Source: Phoronis australis (Eukaryota; Animalia; Phoronida). Taken from it: a DNA stretch of 64,000 bases. Shown here in pieces: positions 15,001 to 29,500 of this stretch (positions are counted from its first letter, which is position 1; the number at the start of each line of letters is the position of its first letter). The stretch lies in NCBI GenBank assembly GCA_002633005.1, contig NMRA01000287.1, positions 256,457-320,456 on the forward strand, in the 5' to 3' direction. The notes beneath the pieces are model-generated. The model did not search any database and was not told the origin of the DNA. It saw only the letters and a program-made list of their open reading frames with translations. The position numbers and the translations under genes are program-made.

Positions 15001-18000
15001 GTTTTTAGGGCTGGGAAAAAGAACTGGCAAAAACATCCTACACCCAGAGGACCAAACAGAATCCTGAACAAAGAGTCAGTCATCAAACAGGTTAAATAAA
15101 ACGCTATATGTTCTCATGCCTTGAATTAATTGTATTTGGTTATGTTTTCATGGACAAATACAATTCTCCACAATCAAAAACTGATCAACAACCGATCCGC
15201 GTTTCTTTGCCTCCTGCCTGCAGAACACAAACACACTAGGCGCAATATCTGACTTTAGCCTCAGTCTCTTTTTTGCTGTCCCTGCATGAGCTGTTTAGTA
15301 AGCCGGCATTTGATGGTCAGTGAAATCACTATCGACGAAATACCGGTCACAGACACAGAAGTTTTACGGCCTGAAACTTGTTATTAACGACGTACCTTTC
15401 ATTCTTGACTACCACAAGCCACTTCTGAAGCATTACGGGCTCTCGAAGAAGTCGGAAAAACGATATACCCGGTTTCCTCGCATCTTCATGGTTCACACGA
15501 GCTGGAACAATAAGTAATGAAAATAGAATAGCGGCAGTCACTCTGCAGAAGAACCCCTGACGTCGCTGAGTCGTTTGCACCTTCCTCACAGGTAAACACG
15601 ACACCTCTCGGCGAGGTTAAATCGAGGTGATGTGGATATAGACCGATTAAGGTGGTAAAAGACTTATTAAATTAGGTGGCATTCTCCTTCAACGGGGTTC
15701 TCAACCTTTGTTATATTTAGTGTTTCTTGAATGGATTAGAAAGTCACCGTGTAGACCTCGCTTCCTATAAATTTCTTAGATTTTTGGTGGAAATGCTGAC
15801 CAAACTACAATCGTGTCACACCAGTTGGAAGCAGAGATCACAGCTCGCTATATACGGTTTTATGTAGAGACTTACCACAGTTATCCCGCCATGAGAGCAG
15901 AAGTATACGGATACAGAACAGGCTTTGAAGCAGGTAAGCTCTTACAACTTCTACTGTTTCTACCTATATAGAAGGAAATGCACCACATATGATTACAGTC
16001 TCTCCTTCTAGACTATGCATTGTGGTGCATTTTTTAAGTTCTAAGTTTGAAATAAATTCTTTATTAAATTGAAAGGTATGATTGTTTCACTTTGGGTTCT
16101 GCTTCAGGTCATTCAAAAATGCAGAATTTTCACTGGGTAAACTAAATTTTCAAACTACTTTTTCTCCATTGCCTTCAAATATTCCAACATTACTGTATTT
16201 TATTTTGATGACTTAAAACCCTCGGTGTGGCTACTGATACATGTACACTTAAGAGGGTTAGGCCTACTCGTTCCATCTCAGACAAAGCACCTGTCCTCTG
16301 CATCTCAAATTTCCCTAATTCTAACACTGGCGGCACATACATGTACATCCATTGAATCAGATACTAATACTGTCGGCAGATATTTTTGAACTGATTATAC
16401 AATAACTTGATGCAGTGATGAGTAGTAATTAGGTTGTTAACACACCACGTCAGTGAATGATTAATTTCCACACGAGACAACTCCTACGCTGACATTCGAA
16501 GGTTTTTGTCACCCGCGATGCCCAAGCGAGCCTAAGCAAGGCTGTGACTTACCCGTCCACAGCGAGTTGGAGCTTAATATTTGTGGCTTAGCCGTGATGC
16601 TGAAGAAAATCTATTCGCTAATTTCTGTCATAATGCACCGACTTTAAAAATTCAAACATTGCTTTACTTTTCAATTTTAGAAACTATCTTGTTGTTTGTT
16701 TCTTGACCAGGAAACTCCTAGTACGCTAAACAGGCGAGCTGGTTTATTACGGTAATTATCTCATTAAGCACGTTTAGTCAAGTCTATGAGTAGCGACTAT
16801 CTGCAATCCTTTGATGTGCCGAGGACTTCGTTGCATACTATGGGGGTAAACAGTGACAGTGCACGCTTTCTCGTCCACTTGAGTGCAAATCCTGTCAACG
16901 TAAGATTTGCCTAATGCACCTTTTCATTTTTCAGTGAAAGGCGAAATTTCTGCTCTGGGCGTGGAAGATTACACACTTCCCCTCGCCAACTTTTACGCGA
17001 CTTCCCAGCACGGCGATTGTACACTACCCTACATCCGGCTCCGGTCATCACGTGCTCTCTGCTTCTCGAGCAGTTCTCAGTCCACTGATTACGTACAAGT
17101 TGACCTGGGTCGTCTGTACTACGTCACTAAGACAGCAACGCAGGTGAGACCTGGTATGCATTCCACAATGTAAGAAATTCACGTGACGTCACAGAAGGCA
17201 CTTGTTGGATTAATTTCTGAGAAACCGGTTATGTTCCAAAAAATAACTTCAAACTCAGCTTTCAGTTTTGTTTATGAAATGAAATAAGACTGAAAGATGT
17301 GGCGAACGAAGAATACACGTATGTGCTATTGAGGCGGTCTGTGATTTTAAAAGTGCGCAGATGTCCTGAGAGAAGACATGGCAGTGTTGAAGATGGCCCC
17401 GAATGCCACGTAAATTATAGGAAAACACGATTTTTGAAAGTATCACAATGTATGCATTATACAGTGTAATTATCGCTATTTAGCGCAATAGCTGTTGTTT
17501 GTCAAAAGTGTCACGCTCCTGTCTGCTGGAGACGTCCCATAGCCCATGCTTCTTGTTAACATCTGGTGACCCCCCATCTAACGTCAAAAAGCAAAAAATG
17601 GTCAGTTTGTTGATTTGAAGTAAAACGCATTAAAAGACGATCCTCGTAAAGTCAATGGTATTGTCTCGTTTTCACTTTCGTTGCAGTCAAAATGATCAAA
17701 TGGATGCTTGTCCTGAACATCTTTACCAAATAGGCGTTTATTTACAGGGTCGCCAACAAGGCGGACAATGGGTGACTCAGTTGAAAATATTCATCTCAAC
17801 CGACGGAAACAGCTTCGACTGTGTCACTGATCCTGTAACGGGCTCTTGTAATACGGTAAGATGTAAACTTGCAACCGTAAGATACATAGCTTGCATTATA
17901 GTGCTTCGGTAAACGTGTGTGGCTTTTTAAAGGCGTTTCCAAACACGTGATCGACGAATAAGGCAGATAAGAACCAAAGAATTCCCATAAATTGACGCTT

Positions 18001-21000
18001 TTGAATAGTCACGTGACACCATTTCTAGACAACTTACTCAAGCAGAGTTTGAGATAAATAAGTCCGTAGCGGTCCATCGATCATAACCTTTGATTTTGAG
18101 GAATAGGTTACTTTGTGAAACCAAGCAGCAATTGACCTCATTCGTCTGGGAATGACGTTATCAACCCAATTGCCACATTTTCGTAGGGAAGTTGCGATGC
18201 CGTGAGTGAGCTTAGACGGAAAGAGTTTTCTACTTGAACAAGTACACTTCTTAAGCTCTCCAAGAAGTCAGGTCTATGCTTTTAAATTTGAATGTTTTTG
18301 TATCTCCTCCTAACAGGACAGTTCTCACATTCCTAATTTGGGGCAGTTATCTTCACAGCAAGCAAGCATGTGTAATTTTAATGTACACACAAATAGTATT
18401 TATTTCAAGTTATATAAATATAAAGAAATTTCCATGCTGACCAAGTGACGCTTATCTATTTCTGACACGTTCTGCAGTGACAACTGGATTAATTAAGCCG
18501 GTTGGTGAACCAAACTGCGAATCACAAACAGTACTTGCTGTTCGTTCATGTTCTTGAACAGTTCAACAGGTATTGCTTTCCATGTTAGGCATGTGCTATT
18601 AGACATCCGCTAGACTAAAAATGCGAATGCTTGATCAGTTCACAGGTAATTCAGACAAAGACTCTGTAGTTTACCAAGTTTTCCCAAGAGGTGCTGTAAT
18701 TGCGCGACATGTGCGGATGCAACCGACTGCCTATTACGGTCACAAATCTTTTCGTATCGAGGTGTACGGATATAGTGAAGGTAAGTAACGCGTCAAATAG
18801 CAGAGCAGAACCAGGTTAGCTCACGAAATATGAGTATAATGACAAAGTTCCACCTTTAAACTAGTAGCTACGGGGTAGCGGGCCTCCATTTATAAAATAA
18901 TTGGCGCTCCGTAAGAAACCACCTACGTGCATGGAAAGGTGCTACGTAACAAAGTCTCGAGTTTAATATGGAATATGGAAACTAGATTTCTGGAAAGTTT
19001 TAAATCTGGTTGACATTTTTAGACAAATTAAAGCATACACTCTGTACATTAACTGCATTGATGTGGAATTAACGCATATTCTTTGAATTCCAGATACTTA
19101 TATTGAACGAGCATTTGGTATAAGAACAGGAGTGATACCACTGTCTCAAATCTCTGCCACATCAACCCACGGTGATTGCCCCCTAGCGTATATTCCACTT
19201 AACTCTGGCAACTCGTGGTGTGCCTCATCAAACTCAAATCCTAATGACGCGATCACAATCGATCTCGGCAAAGTTCGAGTGGTCACGAGAACGGCTCTTC
19301 AGGCAAGTAACCATATACGGGTTGAGAGTGCGCAGGGCAAAGAACTGTCCGAAAATGACATGAATAACGGCCGTTTTGAGGGGTAATACGGACATTTTTC
19401 AGTCAAAGAAAATGAGGTTGGAACACCCTGGGGTCACCTGGGTCCGCCATTGTTCATGTGTAGCTTGTCATTAACCTCGAAGATCCAAGGAACTGAAATA
19501 CGTCACGCGAGACACAAAGCTTCAATCAGCTATGTCAATCTGTTCTCCTCTTGGACCTCAAACAAACCTCTGTCTTTGTAAGCATAGGTTCAAGAAACCG
19601 ACTGCTTTAAAGGGAATTTTGAGGGTGTTTCCTCTGCATCCATGCTTCTCTAGACGATTATGTTAAGGTTATAATGGCTCTGCGTATTACGTAACCAAAA
19701 TCTCCATGAGTTTGGCCATTGCATCTTACCCTAGTGGATACGTGGCTGTGAATCGTCCACCTTTATTACTCTCGCCGGAAGGATTGGAAAGACTAAATAA
19801 CATCAAATCAAGACAAAAATGATTTAAAAATGACAAATTCGACAGCATGTCCAACGCCGCTCTGAAAATAAACCACATTTACGTTATTGACAGTCACTCC
19901 TGTTGCAAACTACTGTAAAGACTAATACTGTCACGGTGACTGCATTAATTGCAATGGTTAATCTAGGACCCGGTCCTATGTTGCTTTGCCGATTACTAAA
20001 AGTCCTCGCTCCAAGAATGTCATCTGAAACCAAGTCATTTTGAGCTCATCCTTAGTGACCACCCCAACAAAATAAACCATCTGATAATACAACCCTATCC
20101 ATCATCGTCCACGGAATATAGGCCAGATATGCCCTCAGACACCAACTCTCAACAAACCCACTCTCAAGTAGTTGACGACCACAGCTTTTCAGTGGAACGT
20201 GGCTTTTGGTTTTTCCTTTTTGTTCTCATGCACGATGTTACAACAGCTATGGGAAGAAGGCATTCAAAAACTGACGGCCATCCACTGTAAGAACACAACA
20301 ATGATGCCAATATCAATTTTTCTGTCTTACGCAGGGACGGGTCTCACATAACCAATATGTTTTGACACTGAAGATACTTTTGTCACAAGATGGCACTAAC
20401 TACAATTGTCTCAAGGCCAGCGGAGCTAACAACTGCAAGACGGTAAGCGATGTCCCATTCCAGAGATTGACGAGTTTAGTGTTGCTAGGAAGGGACAACT
20501 GTTTCGTTTTTATGCCACTTTCGATGTTTTTCTTAAAAATTATAAAAGTTCTAGATTTGATAGCCCTTCATGCAAAAATTGAAATTTTAAAAACAATTGT
20601 CAACCGTGCTTTCGAGAATAGTGCATAAAATAGGATGTCTAAACATTTCATATTAGCCGGATGAGCCATTTCGGAGACATGTTGCTCTAAAATTTTCACT
20701 CTTTTTGAGTGTCCTCCATTATCTTAAAGGAGAATGCCACCTGATTCAATTAGTCTTTTTTATCGTCTTAATCGCTCGATATCCACATCGCCTCGCATAC
20801 GTTCGACCTTACCTTGCTGAGAGGTGTCGCGATAACCTCAGGAAGGTGAGAAACAACGCAGCGACGTTCAACGGTTAGTGGTTTATTTGCAGAGTAAATG
20901 CGCATCGTTCCCACTTGTCCGAGTTATGCAACTGCGAGGAAAGCGGGTATATCGTTTTTTCGACTTCCTGGAGAGTCTGAAGTGCTTAGGAAGTGGCTTG

Positions 21001-22779
21001 CGGTAGTAAAGAATGAAAAGTACGCTGTTAATAGCAAGTACGAAGCCGTGAAACACCTCCGTGTCTGTGGCCGGCAGTCGTCAAATGCCGGGTTACCAAA
21101 GAACTATCTAACGCTCCGTTGCCTTTGCATGTTCACGGCACCTCTCAAGTATTTCTTGATCACTGTATTCCGGTATTCCGATCCACCTGCGAAGACTTCG
21201 TTGGATGAGCGGATTGCGAGTTGCCATGTTGACGTTTATTATTCTGCGTTCTGTTTCAAAATTAATTATTCTCACCCTAACTATTGCTTATATAAAACTG
21301 AAACAAAGTCTGTCTCATAAGATACGGTTTGTAATGCCTTTGGAGTATTCGTGAGTGCTAATGTTTCCAGAAGCCAGCAGTGAATAAACCACTGCGTCAC
21401 CGGCTTTAGATGCAATAAAGGTAATTGACCGGGCACCGAAGCCGTGTGAGCGCATACTTATTCAGTGTTTGCTGCTAGAAAGCTGTTGTGAAACAATAAC
21501 TCGATTTTATATGCTGTGACCACATGTTAAGGGAATCTTTATTTAGATTTACAAATACATTTTTCACATCATTGGCCTTGACGTTTCTGTAAAAGGGCAA
21601 CTTGACTTCACGATAACCGACAAGTAAGTAGATTTGCAGTTTCGTGACTAATTCACAAAAATAATTACAAAGTGCACTTTAATTCTTTGGCTCACTAGTG
21701 ACTGGAGGTTTAGTTACCAACTATGTTCTTGATGTCCAGTCCCGGCGGCCGCGACGGGCCAAATCGGGTTCCGAGGCACTAGCTGGAATGACAATCGTTT
21801 TGTGTGTTTAGAACTGAAAAAATGCCAGTCTAAACGTGCAACACACAGTTATCTTTCATGTCCTTATTTCACGGAAGAACGATTCGAATTTATCTCCAAA
21901 CAGACCCAAACTCCCGCGATCGACCATGACAAATTGGCCTACCGAACTTCAGAGTCTACACTCATTCATCAAACTCTGTAGGCTATCGTACTTTCAAATA
22001 CCTACAAACCCGTAACAATGATATAAAACAACACGTTTGTTCAAGAACTCGATATATTTGTAAGGGTTTTACATCGAAGTTTGATGATTTATTGGTGTAA
22101 AACGATGCATTCAAGCGCCAAGTTGACACCACTAAGAGTGTTGTGAACGGCTGAACAGACTGCTTTCGAACCGATTACGTCATTGGTTAATTTCAACACC
22201 TCCGTCTGCCGTCAGGTGTCGGGTAAAACAACTCAACTTGCTGTTATCGAGTGGAACTACTCGATCTAAATTGATACAAAATAGGTTGCTTTTTGGGCGG
22301 CATTCTCCTTTAAGTCGTCCATATAGTTATGACTAGGATAATAAAAAATGTCCAAAATTGATTTGCATACCTGAGACATTGCTCATTGAACTCAATAAAA
22401 CACTTATCTTGCTTTGTACACTGTTCCCCAAAGCAGTTAAGAATTGCCTATGAAATGATTCTCTTTTGCAAGGACTACCAAAAATTGGTATTTTATGATC
22501 GTATACGAAAAGAATCAAGTTTCATGAAATGAAATAAGAATTAACATTTAGAAAGCTTAAAAAGCTTTTTTACGATTTCATATTCATCACTTTTATCAAA
22601 AGAAATTTGGTCATGTTATTCATGCCGTTGTTTTGCTGTGTGTGGAGCTTGTTTTTCCCAAAATTTTGGATCCTGTGACTGAATGAATTTCAAGCTAGTA
22701 TCAAAACAGAAAATGTGTCCTTTTACCATTATCCACTAAACCACAATAACACAACTCTCGCATAATATATATTTATATA

Positions 22780-22821
<42 letters not shown>

Positions 22822-23561
22822 TGTGCGCGCGCGCGCTTGAGTGCGTGTTTGTGTGTACCTTGCTAAAAACAATACGACTTGCGTAGTTGGATAACGTCTT
22901 CCTCCATTTCTCGTATTTTGTTAACGACAACACAAGGAATGCAAAAAGTATTTATCCAACAACTTAAGTAGAGAAGTCGTATTGTTTTAATGAACTCTGC
23001 ACTTGAGAGGCATTACTGCCGATTTATATTACATGCAAGTATATGTATTTGTATGTATTGTGTGTCGATCGGTAAAATATGTTATTATCTGCATTTCATG
23101 GTTGAGGGGTGCTCGTTTTCCTTGCAGATATATTGCTTTTAATTTTCAGTCTTGGCTGCGATTTTGCAACCGAGTGAATATTCTGCTGCTTTCCGTAAGC
23201 CCAAGACACACTGGAAGAAAAACTGGTGTGATTAGGTGCGTTAGATGCCAGTGTAGTCCATGGTGAAATCTCGCGAACACTTGCGTGAGTTTGCGTTTTC
23301 ACGTGTTTTGTTCCTAGTTACTGTTCACGGACATTTCTCTTGTTTTAGTTCACTGGCAATACCAATCCTACTGACGTTGTCTACCAGACTTTCGACATGC
23401 CACAGGTGGCTCGCTATGTCCGTTTGCAGCCGATTGCCTACAATTATCACAAGTCCATGAGAATCGAAATATTTGGATTTGACACTTTCAGTGAGTGTTG
23501 TCAGCAGCAACTTTTTTATTGGAGTACCTTCGTCATACTTTATTCTTGGATAATAATAATA

Positions 23562-23592
<31 letters not shown>

Positions 23593-26500
23593 CGATGATA
23601 ATAATATCTTGCTAACTAATTAGGTATCTTCCTCAACCGTGAATACTTTCATGGTCGCACATTTGTAATAGATTCACCGTGATGATGATAACGTGTTCCG
23701 ACAGGGCTCTGTTTCATTAAAAGTGTCTTAAGTACTTTCAAGCCGTCTTGTATGCGCTGTGAAACTTCCAATGAAATATACTCTGTCATATAATTAGATT
23801 TCAATGTGCACTGCAATCGTTTTTTTCATTGCATTGGCTTAATTTTTCTAATTTAACCGAGTTAACTCTTATATTATCACATGTTTAAAACAGTCTAGAG
23901 AAACAGTTATTATGTGCATATCCAATTGGCTGGGGGTGAAACAACTTCCTAACGCACCAAGTACCACATCAGCAACTTAGTAGTGTGTAACAGGTTTAGA
24001 GGTTATACCTTTGTTTTCGTTGTTATGTTAATGTTTGCACTCGATTAATGAAGACTTTTCTGAGAAGTCCTCGAGTGATTCTTTAAGGCTACGATACAGT
24101 AATTGAATTTTTGTGCCACAGAACTGCCGCTTTTAGAGGGAAAAGTGAATTTCACCGGAAGTTCAGCCATTGAGGTGGGTTACGACTTGCCATTCCAGGC
24201 TCACGATTATTCACTGTCAATGATCTTCCGAACAACGTCAGAGCGCACAGTGTTCCTGTCTAGACAAACCACAGGTAAGTAAAATGTGTGACCATTTGTA
24301 TGTGGACAAAAAGTCTCATTTATGTATAGAATTTTGGCCATTGTTATCATTCACACGTATATTTTGTAACGGGTGTCATTTACATCGCGACAATGTCCGT
24401 CGATGTGCCCAGTTTGAACAAAGAAAGTCATTCATTTTTCTTAGCAATGGGTATTATAATGTAAAGACTTATCGCATTTTTATTACATTCAATGTTTTGC
24501 AATAGCTGGAGGTTCGTGGACACAGCAGGCCAAGCAGTTCGGACTTAAAAACGGCAAGTTATACCATGACGCCTATGGGGTGGGAACGGTTGGTAAGTGC
24601 TATATATGTATTGTTAGTGTTTGTTCAATGTGCTAACAATAAGTGAATTTATGGCCTTCATATTTCTAGTCGAATAGCGAACATTATGACCTCTTATGTA
24701 TTCGTGGTTTCAATTTTGTTGAGATAATTTGCACATAATATAGCACAACGTCATAAACAGAACAACGAGAATGATGGGAATGAGCAGACTGGAGAGACAA
24801 TGTTTCTTGAATGTTCCCGCTGGTGTTTTTTCCGTTTAGACAATGGCCGTGGCATAGAAACAAACACTGTTCAAATGCTTGCCTGTGCATTCTACGAATG
24901 TGACATATTGAAATAATACTTCACTTGCCAGAAACCTCAGTAAGTTCTATTTTCACGACCTTTCAGAGGGCCAGACTCCTGTCGCTGATGGATTTGAGCA
25001 CCATGCAGTTTTTACATTCGAGGCTGCCAGTAACAAGTAATGATAAGTACAACTTGGAGATATCTGACCTTTGATGGAATTTCATCAACACATAACTGTG
25101 ATAAATGTTAGCTTACCTCGGTGCTCCGTCAAGAATACGGCTAATACTTACCATCGCTGTCACGTTCAAACCTACCGAATGCATTTTCCTCATTACTTGT
25201 TCAGTTTTGCTGATTTTGGAAACGGAACCACTCCATAATCAAATTTAATTATCTACACAATGCGCTGTGACATTGTTTAATCCTTTTGTTTCGATACTCA
25301 TAGTCAATGATAGTGGTACTTGCCTTGTACATGAATATGCTCGGGAAAATCTCTAAATGTGTTAGCAAACGGATAGCAACATCGGGTTTGTAGCAGGCGT
25401 TCCATCGGGAAAATCTTGTTCTCCCTGAAGATGGCGATACTGACGCTTCATTCGTTTCTTTTGAGAGACTAAACATGGCGACGGTGACCCTTTATTCGGG
25501 CATAGGGACCGAGAAAGTGCAAAGAACCCAAGATCAAACACCTCCGAATAATCGGTTATATTTGTTTGTAAGTTACACGACCACTCGATGCTTCCTTCCT
25601 CTAAATTTTCGCCTCTTGTTAGTTTAGAAGTTGGTCGGCATTGAGCCGTATCGGGAGTTGTCGTACTAGTTTTAACTATGCATGTTTTATTGATAATCGT
25701 CAAGTTCAATGAATTTGAACCAAACTGGTGTTTCAGGTTTACATTTTACTTGGATGGAGAACTTGAACAAAATAGCCAATCAAATCCAGCGCCTAGCATG
25801 AGTGGCGACAGTACAGCCCATAAGGTGTACTTAGGTAAGACCTTGAGATAAAACATGGCGACCTGGTTGAACATGTGCCTGTGTAAACCGTGCAAGCGAG
25901 GACATAACCTGTTCAGAGAGAGCAATGGGCCGCGGTATTGGTTAGCTTTAAAGTTGGCAGAAATTATTGATTACACTATGTCAGCTGATGTATTGATTCA
26001 ACTTCCAAATACTAGACATGACCAATAGTAGATCGAACTTTTTCTTCTAAAGGTGAACGATATCGAGTTTTGTCTTGGTCTGTTCACTGAACAATATCAT
26101 ACAACGCGTCAAATGCAAAATGAGAATCCAAATAAGTTACCATTGGTGAAAACAAGTACTGTACATGTATTGTACAGGAATGCCAAGATAAACGATCCAG
26201 ACTCCAGCATTGTGACAAACACATGAGGGTCCCTTAAATAAGCGCAGGGCGCGCGTTAGAATCAGTCATTACAAAAGGTAAAACTTCTGCAGAAAATAGG
26301 AGGAGTGCACTGTCAATAGATGCTCCCTGGATTCACGAATGAAACATCGTTAATAATTGTGTGTTCATTGGTAAATATACGATGTTCATACATGTATTTC
26401 CCATCACTCTTTTTTCAGAATACAAAGAAAGGAAACTGAATATAGAATTCAGTGGATACTCTAGAATCCTAATGCACTGATACGTTAGATACATGTACAT

Positions 26501-29500
26501 GTATGAAGTGCTCCCTTGTCTGCCTTTTTCAGACTGCAATACGTAAATAGTTGTAACTCTTTACAGGCAATGTTGGAAGTCTGTACATGATGGGTGAAAT
26601 CCGGCAGGTGGTGTATTTCGACTATGTTTTGAGCCCGGTGCAGGCTAAAAAGGAATGGAACAAAGGTATATCCTGACCTGTTTCTGATAGTGATCAACAC
26701 TAAATTTGTACAAATGATTTGTTTCTGATAGTGATCAACACTGAATTTGTACAAAGGATTCTTTAAGTTAAAGTCTACGTTTGAAAGCATATCCACCAAA
26801 CTTACATAGAAGCATTCACCTGAAAATTTACCGTCGCGTGAAATTGGAATGTTTCTCAAAATATGACACGCAATTCCCCAGTTATCGAATCGAACATCGA
26901 GTAAAATTTAGTGGTCACCAGTGCGGGTATTTGTATGTATAACCAGTCACTTTTTACACGTTATGCATGTATCACAACATTTTTAACACCACTGTCATTT
27001 TTGCAGATTCAGGGTTTCTCTTTACGCATGTGCAAACTTCGCTAAAACCAAGCAAGTCACATGTTTTCTAGCAGTGGACACTGAAAAATGAGCCCAGGAT
27101 GGGTGGCATGTGGTTATCACGTGACTTTTGGCAAGTCGCATGAATTGTTAAATGCATAACGATTGATCGCATCACAGAAGGACGCGCATATGCATGTAAC
27201 TTTTATCACCGAGTAGAAATTTGAGGCCACGAAGAGTTCTGAAAGTGATCGGACTGCATTTAGTGATGATTCAACAAAACGGCATTAGAACAGCAATCAT
27301 TGATATGGTTTTGAAAGTTATTGAACGAAATTGTATGCGGGCCATGGTGAATATCTGACTATACTTTGGACGGTGGATACACTCCAAGTTTTGTTTCAGA
27401 AAAATCACCCTTTGGTAGTCGTTCACTAAATCTAAACCTTTCAAATAAATCCCAGCACCGTTCAATTAGAGGTATTATGTTACCAAAATGAATGTTATGG
27501 TCAACCAAATTTTTCAATAATTTCGAGCAGACTTACCAATAACATCTTTTAGCTAGTAGCTCCTCAGGTCGTGGGCCAAACAGAAACATATGGTCGTGGG
27601 CCACACGAAACCACTACGTGGGTTGCAAGCGGTCCCTGTGCTGTAGGTTGCCGCTAGGATCAACTGTAGCTGAGCTGCATTTCGGTTTTTCTATGGCAGT
27701 TATTCCTATGTTTGGCAGCTACCCAAAAGGTGGCAGCACAGGCACTGGACATGCCAAGCTTTGTGATTGCTGACAGTTAATTTATTACAAAATGAAAGTT
27801 TTGCTTAACTTGTACAAGGGAACATAATAAAGTCAGGTTCCAATTGGGCAAAAAATGACTGTCGAGGGCACTTGGGGGTAATGCAGATGATAGTGATTGA
27901 TTTTAACTAATTTTGGAGTGCTGAATCTAAAAAAATGTATGCCGGGCTGGATTTTGCCTGCATAACCCTCAAATCCAAAATGGCCGCCATCGGAAATTGG
28001 AGAGTCCCTGTAAATGCCTTTTAAAATGAGTATGATACATTAAACTTCAGGTTTTCAGGTATTATAACATTTTGGTGCACCAAGGGCTGTTCCAGCGTGT
28101 GCTGTGGTTGTCAACAAGTTGGACTCCGGTGCACTAAAGCGTGCAAGTGTATGGGCTATCAGACACATTGCCATAATGTCAGTGATTGAGAAATGATTGA
28201 GTTGTTGATTACGATAACACTCGTGGCTCATGATGCCTGTGAAATATCATTACCCTGTAAGTATATCTCATTATAACGGTAATGAATCAAGAAGAGCTCG
28301 ACCTTGGCACAATCGTTTAAGGAGCAAGATTGCTCCATGAGGAACCACATTATTTGTCACGCTTTCTTTAACATGTATTGTTCTAAGAAAAGTTTTTAAG
28401 GAAAATATTCTGTTTGGCTTACTGTAAGTCTTATATAAAACATGTTATTGTAGCACACGAGGTTTGTGTAGCAATAATAAAAATGAAACTGCACTAGAAG
28501 TGGCTTGTTTGCTGGTAACCCATTGCAACTGACATTTTCGTGTGTTCAAAACATCACACATATGCAAAATTCAACCTTTGAGCATAATCTTGACACCCAA
28601 TCACTTAAATGGTGCTATAAATGAGCTTCCATTCATGAGACATATCACTCAAGAGATAAGAATACTTCCTCAGGCATTAAAATTCCACGATGGCGGCTAG
28701 CGGCCATCTTAGATTTATCAATGACGTAAGAACAATTCAATTTGCCGTACAATGTTATGTCTGAAACACTCCAAAACTAGTCTGAATTTATGTGTGAAAA
28801 TCCACTGAAATATTTGAGCACACTGTATTTCCAATGGAAGATGTGCGGCATAATGTGACCATGACCTTTTCGCGTGACCTTGATCTCCAATCCCAAAAAT
28901 AGTATCAGAATCGATTTTATAATACCTAAAAATGTTGTATCATCCTCAATTTAAAAGGCATTTATTAGGACTTGCCAGTTTCAATATGGCCGATAGCGGC
29001 CATCTTGGATTTGAGGGTTATGCCGGCAAAATCCAGCCCGGCATACAATTTTTTGTATTCAGCACCTCAAAATTAGTTAAAATCAATCGTCGGATCTGCA
29101 TTAGCCCCAATGGCATCAACACCATTTTCAGAGGCCTTTTTGAAAATTGGAACCTGACCAATATACATGAGACTCTGCTTTCTCACAATTCAAAAATGCC
29201 AGTTTTCTTAAAAGTGCAATGTATCATATGACCACTTATATTGCAGAATGGAGTACCTATCAAACGCTGCCCCAGATTTCAGGAGGAAGCTACACCCCAG
29301 CAACTTTCAGAACTAAAAGTGGCGTCCGATACATGGCTGTCACTGATAACATTGGGAAGCCGTCACCATCCATTTTCAAGTGGAATCACACAGCCATGCA
29401 GTACGACTACTTAGAAACTCTACCCAGCCATGCCAGTGGATATTCAGCATTTTTTGAAGCTAGCAACCAGATATATTATGTGACGCCTCAGTTTAACAGT

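Noticed and set aside
23397-23615. Poly-Ile/Met hydrophobic tail as a TM segment
   Set aside because: Read-through past the 23490 donor into an intronic microsatellite.
26678-26755. 41-bp tandem duplication after the last LamG exon
   Set aside because: Two copies only, intronic, with no evident function.
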